Shown piece after piece: positions 20,374 to 32,227 of a DNA stretch of 57,128 nt. The stretch lies in contig CAOJKK010000006.1 in NCBI GenBank assembly GCA_948437895.1, positions 1-57,128 of the forward strand, written 5' to 3'. The notes beneath the pieces are model-generated. The model ran no database searches and was not told where the DNA came from. It saw only the letters and a program-made list of their open reading frames with translations. Position numbers and translations under genes: made by a program. The DNA comes from an uncultured Clostridium sp. (GTDB taxonomy: Bacteria; Bacillota; Clostridia; TANB77; CAG-508). Within the stretch, counting starts at the first letter, position 1. Every line of letters begins with the position of its first letter.

Positions 20374-23039
20374 ATGTGGCACACAATTTCATTAGGTGAA
20401 ACAGTAAAAAAGTTAAACACTGATTTGAATACAGGTTTAAGTGAAGAACAGGCAAAAAAGATAAGAGAAAGAACAGGAGAAAACAAATTAACGGAGAGTA
20501 AAAGGGAAAGTATATTTATAAAATTCATAAAACAGTTTAATGATTTTATGATAATAATATTGATTGCAGCAGCAATTGTTTCAGCAATTATGGCATATGT
20601 AGAAGGGACAGGAGATTATTTAGATTCAGTAATAATAATATTTATAGTAGTATTAAATGCAATAATGGGAGTGGTGCAGGAAGCTAAAGCAGAAAAGTCA
20701 TTAGATGCATTGAAAAAGATGTCAGCGCCAACTGCTAAAGTTAAAAGAGATGGAATTATAAAAGAAATCCCAAGTACAGAAGTAGTACCAGGAGACTATA
20801 TTATAATAGAAACAGGATCGTATATTCCAGCTGACAGTAGACTTGTTAAATCATATAATTTAAAAGTAGAAGAATCTGCATTAACAGGTGAAACTGTTCC
20901 AGTATTAAAAGATGAGAAAGCAATATTAAAAGAAAATATTCCAATAGGCGACATGATAAACATGGTATGGGGAGCAACAATAGCAGTATCAGGACATGCT
21001 GAGGGAATTGTAACAGATATAGGGATGAATACAAAAGTTGGTAAAATTGCAACATTAATAATATCAGATGAAGCTCCAGAAACACCACTTCAAAGAAAAC
21101 TACGGAGAAGTACGGAAAGAAATTAGGACTTGCAGCGCTTTTTATATGCTTTTTCATATTTATAATAGGATTATTCAAGAAAATACCTGCAAATGAAATG
21201 TTTATGACATCTGTAGGACTTGCAGTTGCTGCAATACCAGAAGGACTTCCTGCAATTGTTACAATAATGTTATCAATAGGTGTAACTAAAATGGCTAAAA
21301 GAAATAGTATCATTAGAAAGTTGCCAGCAGTAGAAACTCTTGGAAGTTCATCTGTTATATGTTCAGACAAAACAGGAACATTAACACAAAACAAAATGAA
21401 AGTTGTAGAAATAAAAGGAGGATCCTCTAATACAACTATAGATGATAAAAAATTTCTTTTAAAAATTGCTTCAATGTGCACAGATTGTAATATTTCGTAT
21501 GAAGATAGGAAAGCACATGCCCAAGGAGAGCCTACAGAAGTGGCGCTCGTAAATGCAGCGTTAGAAGAAGGAATAAATAAAGATGAAATATATAGAGAAG
21601 AAAAAAGAATAAATGATATACCATTTGATTCAGAAAGAAAACTTATGACTACAATTCATAAAATAGGAAACAAGTACAGAGTAATAACAAAAGGTGCTCC
21701 AGATGTATTGATAAAAAGATGTAAGAAAATATATATTAATCGGAAGAATAGAAGAGTTAAATAGCAGTAATAGATTAGATGTATTAAGCAAAAATGAGAA
21801 CATGGCAAAAGATGCTCTAAGAGTAATTGCTGTAGCGTACAGTGATTTAGATAGAATTCCAAATAAAATTGATGGCAACATAGAAAACAATTTAATATTT
21901 GTGGGTCTACTAGGAATGATAGATCCTCCACGAGAAGGGGTAAAAGAAGCAGTTTTGACCTGTAGAAGAGCAGGAATAAAAACAGTAATGATTACAGGAG
22001 ACCATATAATTACAGCAAAAGCGATTGCAAAAGAATTGGGAATATTAAAATTAGGTGATATTGCGATAACAGGGGAGGAATTAGACAAAATCTCACAAGA
22101 AGAATTAGAGAATAATATAATGAATTATTCTGTTTTTGCAAGGGTATCCCCTGAACATAAAGTAAGAATAGTAAAAGCATTTCAGGCAAAAGGTAATGTA
22201 GTAGCAATGACGGGAGATCGGAGTAAATGATGCACCAGCTCTTAAAAATGCAGATATTGGGGTGTCAATGGGAAAACGGAGGAACAGATGTTGCAAAAAA
22301 TGCATCTGATATGATTTTAGCAGATGATAATTTTGTAACAATAGTAGAGGCAGTTAAAAATGGAAGACATATTTATGACAATATTAAAAAAGCAATACAT
22401 TTTTTAATAGCAACAAATGTTGGAGAAATAGTTGCAATATTCTTAGGATTATTATTAGGATTAGATACACCATTGTTAGCTATTCAATTATTATGGATCA
22501 ATTTGATAACAGATTCATTTCCTGCTATAGCTTTGGGACTTGAACCAGCGGATAAGAATATAATGAACAAGAAGCCGATTGATGCTAAGAAAGGTTTGTT
22601 TGCAGATGGCTTATGGAGCAAAATATTTATAGAAGGAAGCATGATAGGTGTACTTACATTATTTGCATTCAATTTAGGAACTAATTTATATGGATTAGAA
22701 GTAGGTAGAACAATGGCATTTATTTCACTTAGCATGTTAGAACTAGTGCATAGTTTTAATATTAGAAGTGAGAAATCCATATTTAAAGTAGGAATATTAA
22801 AAAATATTTACTTAATAGGAGCGTTTATATTAGGAACAATATTGCAAGTATCAGTTGTTCTAATTCCAAAGGTAGCAAATATATTTGATGTTATTCCTTT
22901 AAATAAACAACAATGGTTATATACGATAATGATATCTATATTGCCAATATTCATAATTGAGGGACAAAAAAAGATAAATGAATTTAGATTTGATAAAGAG
23001 AGATATATAGCCAAAAAAGAAAATGAAAAATTATGTTGA
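20374..23039 (+). CDS. P-type IIA cation (Ca2+) ATPase (five +1 sites: 21103, 21113, 21741, 22219, 22277; about 886 aa)
   Basis: LTGET, PEGL, DKTGTLT, KGAP, DPPR, TGD and restored TGDGVNDAP; colinear with the intact paralogue at 54246. Confidence 0.9.
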
Positions 23040-23090
23040 GCTTATTTACAAAAATATAAAAATTGGGTATAATAACCTACAGGTGATTTA

Positions 23091-25283
23091 ATGAGTACTA
23101 GTAGATGGAACAATAAAGATGCTTTAGTTACATCGTTTGATGGATATATGAATGAATTAAAAGCTGTTATAGATGAAAGAGCAAAGTATACAAGAAGAGC
23201 TGAAGGTAAACCTATGGCAACAATTGAAGACCCAGATAATCCTCATATAACAAATAGAGGAGAACATATGAGGCAAGCGGCAATTGAAGCATTAAAGATT
23301 GCAAAAGGATTAGGATTAAATGAAACTGTTATATATATAGGAATGCTGATGCATGATGCTGGTCAACCTTTTGGAGCGCATGATGGAGAAAAAACAATGA
23401 GTATTATAGGAGAACTATTAAATACTGGATTCTTTCATCATAATGCAAAAGGAGTAGATGTAGTATTAAGCGAAGATATTATTCAAAAATTTATAGATGC
23501 AGTTCCAGATGCAAAAGATAATAAAGAATTACAAAAAAAGTTAGAAGATGAAGCTTGGTACTTTTTAGAATTAATAGTTGGGCATGATGGAGAATCTACT
23601 AGTAAAGATAATGAGAAATATAATAAATCAGAGAAAAAATATGACAGTATAAAAGCAGCAGTGTTAGATAAAGTATCTAAAGCAAATAGAACAAATCAAT
23701 ATAAGTGCTCAGTAGAGACATTAGAAGCACAAGTATCTAAACCAGCAGATATATTATCATATTTAAAATCAGATATTTTGACAGGATTTTCTAAAGGAAT
23801 TTTAAAAGATTTAAGTGATGATTACTTAGAACTTTTAGGAAAAGTGCTTTGTGAGACAAAAGAAGAAACTGAAATTATTGAAGCAAAAAGCTTACAGAGT
23901 GATAACGAACAATATAACGAAGAAATAAGGAATACAAGAATAGATAAAGCAAAAGAATTAATTACATCAATAAAAAAAGATAAGTTAAGAGAAACAAAAA
24001 ACGCTGTATATTCTAGGGGATCTAATGAAATTCTTGAACAATTAGATTTAATAATTCAAGAACTGGGAAGTAATGGAATAGAAATATCAGACATTAAAGA
24101 TTACGATGAGAATTTGAAAAATGAAATTGTAGAAAGAATAAAAGAAGAATTTAAAAATAAGCAAATTCAAGAAGGAAAAAATCCAAATATTATTATTTCA
24201 CAAATGGATAGGTTAGATGACTATATAAATAAGATGGAACAGACACGTAAAAGAGTAATAGAAGAAGTTATGACAAAAGTGCAAGATGTCCTTAGAAATG
24301 ATTATATAGAAACAACTTTAGAGAATTGGAAAGAAATTGACGAAAGAGAAGACCTAACAGATGATGAAAGATATAAACTAAAAAAACAAGGCATGAAATT
24401 TTCTGAAAAAGCAAATAAAGTAATATATGGAAAAAATGGAATAAAAGAGATAAATTATAGAGAATATGTACAATATTCAAAAAAAGTATATCAAACTAGT
24501 AGTTTGCCTAAAGGAGTTCTTAAACTTGTTGGAAATTGCACAGAATCGCTTATGAAAACAGGGGTAGTTAGAAATAAGTTTTATGATCCAGATGTTATAA
24601 ACAATATAAATAATGAAGAACTATTAAAACTAATGCATAAAGAAGATATTGACCAAGAAAAAACTATGAAATATAGAAAAAAAATAGGTATAATAAGAGA
24701 AGATAAGATTGGAATAAAAAAAGTTAGAGATTTAATTGGTGTTAAACTAAATGCAAAAGGAAGTTTAAGAAGAATAAGAGAAAATAAATTATACAGACAA
24801 ATATATAGATATGCACAAGGACAGGAAGAAAGATTTGCAAGGACATGTGAAGATGTATATTTTGCTATTCCATATACAGTAAGAAACAGTGTAGAAAAAG
24901 CAGTAAGGTCAGATTATGAAAAAAATGAATATTTACCTGAAGAAGAAAGAGACAAAGTTTATGAAACAAGAAAAGAATTAGCAGAGAGATTTGGGGAATA
25001 TGGAGGGCTTGAGATAACAAAGGAAAATTTAGAAGGATATATAAATGAACAAATAGAAAAAGAAAGAAGTCAAATAGAATCTAAAGTTGCAACACAAATA
25101 TGTATAGACTATATTGCTGGAAAAACAGATAATGGTATAAAAGACTTAGTAAATAAGCTGGGAATAGTATCAAAAAGAAAATTAGATAGAGAAGATAAAT
25201 TAAATAAAAAAGGTAATAAAGTAGTACAAAAATTAGCTGACAAGTTAAGAGAAGATAAAGATGATAATGGATTCGAAAAATGA
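23091..25283 (+). CDS. HD-domain protein, dNTP triphosphohydrolase (dGTPase)-like
   Basis: TNRGEH...MHDAGQPFGAHDGE...HHN, ADILSY, C-terminal DYIAGKTD. Confidence 0.7.
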   Translation: MSTSRWNNKDALVTSFDGYMNELKAVIDERAKYTRRAEGKPMATIEDPDNPHITNRGEHMRQAAIEALKIAKGLGLNETVIYIGMLMHDAGQPFGAHDGEKTMSIIGELLNTGFFHHNAKGVDVVLSEDIIQKFIDAVPDAKDNKELQKKLEDEAWYFLELIVGHDGESTSKDNEKYNKSEKKYDSIKAAVLDKVSKANRTNQYKCSVETLEAQVSKPADILSYLKSDILTGFSKGILKDLSDDYLELLGKVLCETKEETEIIEAKSLQSDNEQYNEEIRNTRIDKAKELITSIKKDKLRETKNAVYSRGSNEILEQLDLIIQELGSNGIEISDIKDYDENLKNEIVERIKEEFKNKQIQEGKNPNIIISQMDRLDDYINKMEQTRKRVIEEVMTKVQDVLRNDYIETTLENWKEIDEREDLTDDERYKLKKQGMKFSEKANKVIYGKNGIKEINYREYVQYSKKVYQTSSLPKGVLKLVGNCTESLMKTGVVRNKFYDPDVINNINNEELLKLMHKEDIDQEKTMKYRKKIGIIREDKIGIKKVRDLIGVKLNAKGSLRRIRENKLYRQIYRYAQGQEERFARTCEDVYFAIPYTVRNSVEKAVRSDYEKNEYLPEEERDKVYETRKELAERFGEYGGLEITKENLEGYINEQIEKERSQIESKVATQICIDYIAGKTDNGIKDLVNKLGIVSKRKLDREDKLNKKGNKVVQKLADKLREDKDDNGFEK

Positions 25284-25480
25284 TTTAAAGAAGCAAAATA
25301 AATTTGTTTTGCTTCTTTTTTAATAAAACTTGCAATATTTAAAGTTATTATGTATAATGTATTCGTATTATTTGACATTTATTACAATAATATTATATAT
25401 ATATTACAATTATATTATTTCTATTGACATATTGAGAAAATGAAATAAAATATATGTATCAAAAGAGGGATGTAGTCTTT

Positions 25481-26038
25481 ATGAGAGTAATAAGTGGAAC
25501 TGCAAGAGGAAAAAAATTAAGCTCATTAGAAGGATTAGAAACAAGACCTACATTAGATAGAGTAAAAGAAGCTTTATTTAATATCATACAATTTGATATA
25601 AAAGAAGCAAATGTATTAGATTTGTTTTCTGGTAGTGGAGCACTTGCAATAGAAGCTTTAAGTAGAGGAGCAAATAGTGCAGTTTGTAGTGATAGTTCAT
25701 CTAAAGCTGTTAGAATAATAAATAAGAATTTAGAAGATACTAGACTCAAGGAAAAGTCTCAAGTATTAAATAAAGATTATTTAGAAACTCTTATCAAATT
25801 GAAAAATGAGTCTAAAAGTTTTAATATAATTTTTTTAGATCCGCCATATGAAAGCGATTATATTGAAAAATCAATTGAGAATATATTAAAATATGATTTG
25901 TTAGCTAAAGATGGGATTATAATTGCGGAAACTGATGATGAAAGTAAAATAGAGAAATTAAAAACTATAAAAGATATAGAAATTTATGATGCTAGAAAAT
26001 ATGGAATTGTTCACATCATATTTATTCGAAAGGGGTAA
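25481..26038 (+). CDS. rsmD: 16S rRNA m2G966 methyltransferase
   Basis: MRVISG, TRPTLDRVKEALFN, LDLFSGSG, DPPY. Confidence 0.95.
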   Translation: MRVISGTARGKKLSSLEGLETRPTLDRVKEALFNIIQFDIKEANVLDLFSGSGALAIEALSRGANSAVCSDSSSKAVRIINKNLEDTRLKEKSQVLNKDYLETLIKLKNESKSFNIIFLDPPYESDYIEKSIENILKYDLLAKDGIIIAETDDESKIEKLKTIKDIEIYDARKYGIVHIIFIRKG

Positions 26039-26041
26039 AAA

Positions 26042-26500
26042 ATGGAAATTTTTACATTGCTAGAAACATTAGAAGAGATAATGGAAGGAAGCAGAAGCTT
26101 ACCATTTACTGAAAAGGGAATTGTAGATAAGGAAGAGGTTCTTGAAATAATAAAAGAAATAAGATTAAAACTTCCTGATGAATTAAAACAAGCTAAATGG
26201 ATTAAAGAAGAAAGAGGCCGTATTTTAGAAGAAGCTCAAAGAGAAGCTGATGGAATTGTAAAAGAAGCTGAAAATAGAATAATTGCTATGATAGATGAAC
26301 ATGAGATTACTAAAAAAGCATATGAGCAAAAGGCTGAAATCATAGAAACAGCAAATGAAATGTCAAGAGAGATAAACAAAGGAACAAAAGAATATGCTGA
26401 CAATATATTAGCAAATCTTGAATCAGCAATAAATAGTGTTAGTGTAACATTAAATGAAGCAATAAAGACAATAGAAAGTAATAGAAAAGAACTTAAATAA
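26042..26500 (+). CDS. Conserved coiled-coil protein (ATP synthase b-like annotation; usual rsmD/coaD neighbour)
   Basis: IRLKLPDELKQAKWI...EA..EA..I pattern. Confidence 0.8.
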   Translation: MEIFTLLETLEEIMEGSRSLPFTEKGIVDKEEVLEIIKEIRLKLPDELKQAKWIKEERGRILEEAQREADGIVKEAENRIIAMIDEHEITKKAYEQKAEIIETANEMSREINKGTKEYADNILANLESAINSVSVTLNEAIKTIESNRKELK

Positions 26501-26600
26501 TATTAAAGGGAGTCAGAAATTTAAAAGGAAGTCAGAAAAAATCAAATTTCAAATTGATTTCCTAATTCTGACTTTTTTTATATGATAAGGAGAAGTAAAC

Positions 26601-28903
26601 ATGCCAAGAGGAAGAAGAAGTAAAAAGAAAAACAAAAGTAAATTAGATTTAGAAATAGTAACATTAATAATTGCTAGTATTTTACTAGCAGTCTTAATAT
26701 ACACTAAAGCAGGATATATAGGACAAACACTAAGTCCAATCCTAGGTGGAATTATGGGATGGATAAAATATATAATACCAATTGGAACATTTGCAATTGC
26801 GATAGCTTTAGCATCTGATAAAGATAAAGAAGATTCTACAAAAAAAATAATGCAATATGCAGTTCTTTTATTATGTATAACTACAGTAATGACAGTTATT
26901 CAAGTTGCACAGGGGAAATTAAATATAAATAATGGATTTCAAGATGCGATAATAGAAGCATATGATAAAGGAAGTAATAACATAGGTGGAGGTGCAGTTG
27001 GAGCAATATGCGGTATTGCCCTTATAAACCTAGTAGGAAAAGTAGGAGCAATAATCTTAGTTATTCGGAATAGCTTTAATTGATTCAATATTCCTATTTG
27101 ACATTAAACCAGCAGAATTACTAAAACAATACTTAGAAGATAGAGAAGAAAGAAAGAAAGAACAAAGAAAAGATAGAGCTGAAAGAGCAAAACAAAGACA
27201 ATTAAGAATAGACGAAATGCCTATAGAGAAAGAGGACAAAAAGAAAAAAAGAAAAGATAGAATGCCTGAAAATGAAATGATAACAGAAGATCAAATAAAT
27301 ATAAAAATTGCAAATAGTGATAATCAAGAAGTTAAAAATCAAGAAGGACTATTTAAAAAGGCAGAAGAAGAAAAAGAAGATAAATCAAAAGAAGTATTGG
27401 TGCTTGAACATGCATTAACAGTAGAAGATGAAAATTATGAATTTCCACCGATTGAGTTCTTAAAACCAGGTAAAGCTTCTACAAAATTAGCTAAAAAAGC
27501 GGTAACTGATACAGCAAATAAATTGCAAAGAACATTATATAGTTTTGGTGTTTCTGCAAAAGTTGAAAATGTATCTGTTGGACCAACAATCACAAGATAT
27601 GAATTAAAGCCAGCAGAAGGTGTAAGAGTAAATAAAATTGCCAACTTATCAGATGATATAGCATTAAGCCTTGCAGCAGAAACAATAAGAATTGAAGCAC
27701 CTATTCCTGGAAAACAAGCAGTAGGAATAGAAATACCAAATAAAGAAAAAGAAGTTGTTGCATTAAAAGATATTATAGATAGTAATGAATTTAAAAAATC
27801 AAAATCAAAACTATCTTTTGCACTAGGTAAAAATGCTGCTGGTGAAGCAGTTGTAACAGATATTGCAAAAATGCCACACGTTTTAATTGCAGGAAGTACA
27901 GGTTCTCGGAAAGAGTGTTTGTATAAATACTTTAATTACAAGTATAATATATAAATCAAAGCCAAGTGAAGTAAAACTTGTAATGGTTGACCCTAAAGTT
28001 GTTGAACTTTCGGTATATAACGGAATACCACATTTATTAATACCAGTAGTAACAGACCCTAAAAAAGCAGCAGGAGCACTTGCATGGGCAGTTCAAGAAA
28101 TGGTTAATAGATATAATTTATTTGCAGAAAAAAATGTAAGAGATATAGCTGGATATAATGAAGAACTAGAAAAAGAAGGAGCAGAAGGAAAACTTCCTCA
28201 AATAGTAATAATTATAGATGAGCTTGCAGATTTAATGATGGTTGCAAAAAATGATGTTGAAGATGCAATATGTAGATTAGCACAAATGGCAAGGGCCGCA
28301 GGAATGCATTTAGTAATTGCAACACAAAGACCATCTGTTGATGTAATCACAGGTATAATTAAAGCAAACATAGCAAGTAGAATAGCATTTGCTGTTACAT
28401 CACAAGTAGACTCAAGAACAATATTAGATTCAGCAGGTGCAGAAAAGTTATTGGGAAAAGGAGATATGTTGTTCTTCCCATCAGGAGTGTTAAAACCAAC
28501 AAGAATTCAAGGTGCATTTGTATCAGATGAAGAAGTAAAGGAAATTGTTACATTCCTAAAAGAAAACGGTGGAGGACCTACATATAGTGAAGATGTACTT
28601 GAAAAAATAGAGAGAGCAAACTCTACTGATAAAGAATTAGATGAGCAAGATGAAGATGAGTTAGACCCATTCCTAATGGATGCAATAGATACAGTTGTTG
28701 ATCTAGGACAGGCATCTGCATCATTTATACAAAGAAGATTTAAAGTTGGTTATGCAAGAGCAGGAAGAATAATAGACCAAATGGAAGCAAGAGGAATAAT
28801 TTCTGGATATGAAGGAAGCAAGCCAAGACAAGTTCTTGTATCAAAAGAACAATGGCAAGAATTAAAAACGGCAAAACCAGCAGAAACAACTAGCGAAGAA
28901 TAA
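26601..28903 (+). CDS. ftsK: DNA translocase FtsK/SpoIIIE (two +1 sites at 27066 and 27907; about 766 aa)
   Basis: N-terminal TM helices, RIEAPIPGK, restored Walker [25 protein letters not shown], gamma domain [16 protein letters not shown]. Confidence 0.95.
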
Positions 28904-28932
28904 AATATGTATTACGAAGGAAGGATGAGAAA

Positions 28933-30495
28933 GTGGCTAAAGAAGATTTATTTTCTAAACTTAATATTAAAGATTATAATAATCAATTAGAAAATGTTTT
29001 AGAAAACAAATCTTTTTCAGAAGGCACTAAAAATATCCTTCTTAATATTTTGTATAAAATTGAAACAGCATATGATGACTACAAAAAAGTAAAAGTAAAT
29101 GTAGATTTAAAAAAGGAAATATTAGAAGAAATTATAAAGATTATAGAAGAGAATTGCAGTAAAATTGAAATTGTAAAACCTACACTAAATGGAGAAACGA
29201 ATCTAGGAGATAAAAAATATATTGTAGAAAAAGAAGATAAAAAAATAGTTTCATATCCAAATGAAAAAAATGTATTTTATGCATTAAACCATTTAAAAGA
29301 AAACCGCTTTATATTAGATAGCAAATATACAATTTTAAAAGACCCAATGGAGAAACTATTAAATCAAGGATATATCATTGATAAAGAAGAAACAATAAGA
29401 GACTTTGATGGATGGACATGGAATATATTATCAAATGATATTGAAAATCATATATACAATCTAATATATCAAAATATTAAAATACTATTCGGAAATGATT
29501 TTCTAAAAAATGCTATAGAATACAATCAAACATTAGACTTTATAACAGAAATTGAAGATAAAATAAATGGAATTGCTGATGAAAATAAAGAATTTGATAT
29601 ATCAAAGTTAATATATCAAATTGCAATATTAGAAAATGTAAAAAATAGTGAAGAGAAAAAAGATAATGTATTACAAAAAAGAGAGCTTATAGAAGAAGAG
29701 TTAAAAGAAATAGAAAACAAAAAAGAATATTTGCAAAAAATAGCAGATATAAAAAAACAAATCGGAAAAGAAATTAAAGCTATAGATGAAAAATTAAACA
29801 ACAACAAATTATTAAGAGAAACTTTTATTGAAGAAAATAAATTTTTAAAAGCAGAAGAAAGAATATTTAGTCTTAGCGAGTATTGTGAGATACTTCAAGA
29901 AAAAAGAGAAAACTTATTAAAACAATTAGATGAATACAGCAACCTTATGAAACCAATGAATTTTGTAAAGAAAAAAACAGAAATATCTAAAAAATATGAG
30001 TTACTAAATGAAATAAACTTTGATATAAATCCTAATGAAGAAACATATAGATTAGCTGTAACTTTGCAAAATAAATTCATGAAACTACTTAGTGAGAAGT
30101 TTAAAAACATTGAATCAAAAAAAGAAATAATAGAGTATATATATTTATTTAGATACTATAAATTAATATATATAAATAATAAAAAGCAGATAAAAGACAT
30201 AGAAGAATTACAAGAAGAAATAAGAAAAACAGAAAAACATTTAATAACAAAAGCATGCAAATTAAAAGCAATGAACATATTATGCCAAGACATAGAAAAA
30301 AATTATGAATTAGTATCAAAAATATTAAGTTATAATATTATAGAGTTAGAAGATGTAAGTTTAGAATTCAAAAAACATGATAAAAACATAGTACTAACAA
30401 TATATGATGATGACACAATAGAAGACTCTATCATCTATGATGGAAGCGAAGAATTAAATGTAAAATTCAATAAGAAAATGAAATTGTTCAATTAG
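28933..30495 (+). CDS. Hypothetical coiled-coil protein
   Basis: 520 aa ORF in operon context; no recognised motif. Confidence 0.8.
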   Translation: MAKEDLFSKLNIKDYNNQLENVLENKSFSEGTKNILLNILYKIETAYDDYKKVKVNVDLKKEILEEIIKIIEENCSKIEIVKPTLNGETNLGDKKYIVEKEDKKIVSYPNEKNVFYALNHLKENRFILDSKYTILKDPMEKLLNQGYIIDKEETIRDFDGWTWNILSNDIENHIYNLIYQNIKILFGNDFLKNAIEYNQTLDFITEIEDKINGIADENKEFDISKLIYQIAILENVKNSEEKKDNVLQKRELIEEELKEIENKKEYLQKIADIKKQIGKEIKAIDEKLNNNKLLRETFIEENKFLKAEERIFSLSEYCEILQEKRENLLKQLDEYSNLMKPMNFVKKKTEISKKYELLNEINFDINPNEETYRLAVTLQNKFMKLLSEKFKNIESKKEIIEYIYLFRYYKLIYINNKKQIKDIEELQEEIRKTEKHLITKACKLKAMNILCQDIEKNYELVSKILSYNIIELEDVSLEFKKHDKNIVLTIYDDDTIEDSIIYDGSEELNVKFNKKMKLFN

Positions 30496-30506
30496 GAGGA
30501 AAGATT

Positions 30507-32150
30507 ATGAATATTAGTTTCTTAGGTGCAACAAAAACAGTCACAGGTTCCAACTTTCTATTAGAAGGTGCAGGAAAGAAAATATTAATAGACTGTGGAC
30601 TTTATCAAGGTAAAGCTGCAGAAGAAAGAGAGAATTATGCAGATTTTCCATACAATGTTAGTGATATAGACTTTCTATTATTAACACATGCACATATAGA
30701 CCATTCAGGGAAAATACCAAAGCTATATGTAGATGGATATAGAAATCCAGTAATAGCACATAAAGCAACATGCGATTTATGTTCAATAATGTTACCAGAT
30801 AGTGGACATATACAAGAAATGGAGAATGAATGGAAAAACAGAAAAAGACTAAGAAAAGGACTTCCAGCAAGACCACCACTATATACTGCACAAGATGCAA
30901 TTGATGCAATAGAGATATTCAAGCCAGTAAATTATGATGAAATAGTTGAGCTGACACCTGACATACATGTAAGATACAATGATGCAGGGCATATGCTTGG
31001 TTCTAGTATAATAGAAGTATGGGTAAAAGAAAATGGGGAAGAAAAGAAAATAGTATTTACAGGAGACTTAGGAAATAATGATATACCACTTTTAGACTCT
31101 CCAACAATGATAGAATCAGCTGACTATTTAGTAATGGAATCAACATATGGAGGAAGACTTCATATGAGAAATGATGACAAAGCAGAAATGTTCTTAAATA
31201 TAGTTGCAGAAACATTAGATAAAGGTGGAAATGTAGTAATACCATCATTTGCAGTTGGAAGAACACAAGAAATATTATATGAACTAAATAAATTAAAAGA
31301 AGAAAGAGAAGATGAAGCTTTCATAGAGAAATATGATAAATTAATGAAAGCGCCAACATATGTAGACAGTCCGCTTGCAATATCTGCAACTGAAATTTTT
31401 AGACAAAATATGAATCTTTTCGAAGAAGAAGTAAAAGAAGAAATACAAAAAGGAGATAATCCTCTAGAATTTCCAGGATTACAATTCACACAAACAGCAG
31501 AAGAATCAAGAGCATTAAATGAAAGTAATACACCATCAATTATAATATCTGCAAGTGGTATGTGTGAAGTTGGACGTATAAAACATCATTTAAAACATAA
31601 CTTATGGAATCCAAACAGCACAATATTATTTGTAGGATACCAAGCACCAGGAACTTTAGGTTCAAAGATTGTAAATGGTGAGAAAAAGATAAAAATATTT
31701 GGAGAGGAAATTGCAGTAAATGCAAGAATAGAATATATCGAAGGATATTCAGGACACGCAGACCAAGAATGGCTTTTAAACTTTATATATTCATTTATAA
31801 CAAAACCAAAACACATCTTTTTAGTACACGGAGAGCCAGAAGGACAAAAAATATTAAAGGAAAAAATACTAGAAACAACAAATATACCAGTCACAATACC
31901 AGACTATGGTGACACATATAAATTAGATGATAAGATATCAATTGAATCTAAGATAGATATAGCAGATAAAAACAAATACTTAAGATTAGAAGTAATAGAC
32001 AGACTAACAACATTAAAAGAAGAATTAGAAGACATGTCTATTATGATAAAAGAAGACATTATAGATGAAGACAAGAAAGATGAAGAAATAGCTTCAATAA
32101 ACGAAAAAATAAAAGAATTAGAACAACAAATAGTAAAGATAATTTCTTAA
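30507..32150 (+). CDS. Metallo-beta-lactamase/beta-CASP ribonuclease
   Basis: LTHAHIDHSG, AGHMLGS, MESTYG, FAVGRTQE, SASGM, SGHAD. Confidence 0.92.
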   Translation: MNISFLGATKTVTGSNFLLEGAGKKILIDCGLYQGKAAEERENYADFPYNVSDIDFLLLTHAHIDHSGKIPKLYVDGYRNPVIAHKATCDLCSIMLPDSGHIQEMENEWKNRKRLRKGLPARPPLYTAQDAIDAIEIFKPVNYDEIVELTPDIHVRYNDAGHMLGSSIIEVWVKENGEEKKIVFTGDLGNNDIPLLDSPTMIESADYLVMESTYGGRLHMRNDDKAEMFLNIVAETLDKGGNVVIPSFAVGRTQEILYELNKLKEEREDEAFIEKYDKLMKAPTYVDSPLAISATEIFRQNMNLFEEEVKEEIQKGDNPLEFPGLQFTQTAEESRALNESNTPSIIISASGMCEVGRIKHHLKHNLWNPNSTILFVGYQAPGTLGSKIVNGEKKIKIFGEEIAVNARIEYIEGYSGHADQEWLLNFIYSFITKPKHIFLVHGEPEGQKILKEKILETTNIPVTIPDYGDTYKLDDKISIESKIDIADKNKYLRLEVIDRLTTLKEELEDMSIMIKEDIIDEDKKDEEIASINEKIKELEQQIVKIIS

Positions 32151-32154
32151 GAAA

Positions 32155-32195
32155 TGTCCCAAAGGGGACGTTTCTTTCTGGGACATTTTGTCCCA
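32155..32195 (+). repeat. 41-bp REP copy 1
   Basis: TGTCCCAAAGGGGACGTTTCTTTCTGGGACATTTTGTCCCA. Confidence 0.9.
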
Positions 32196-32227
32196 AAAGA
32201 TGCAAATGTTAAATCAAGGAGATACAA

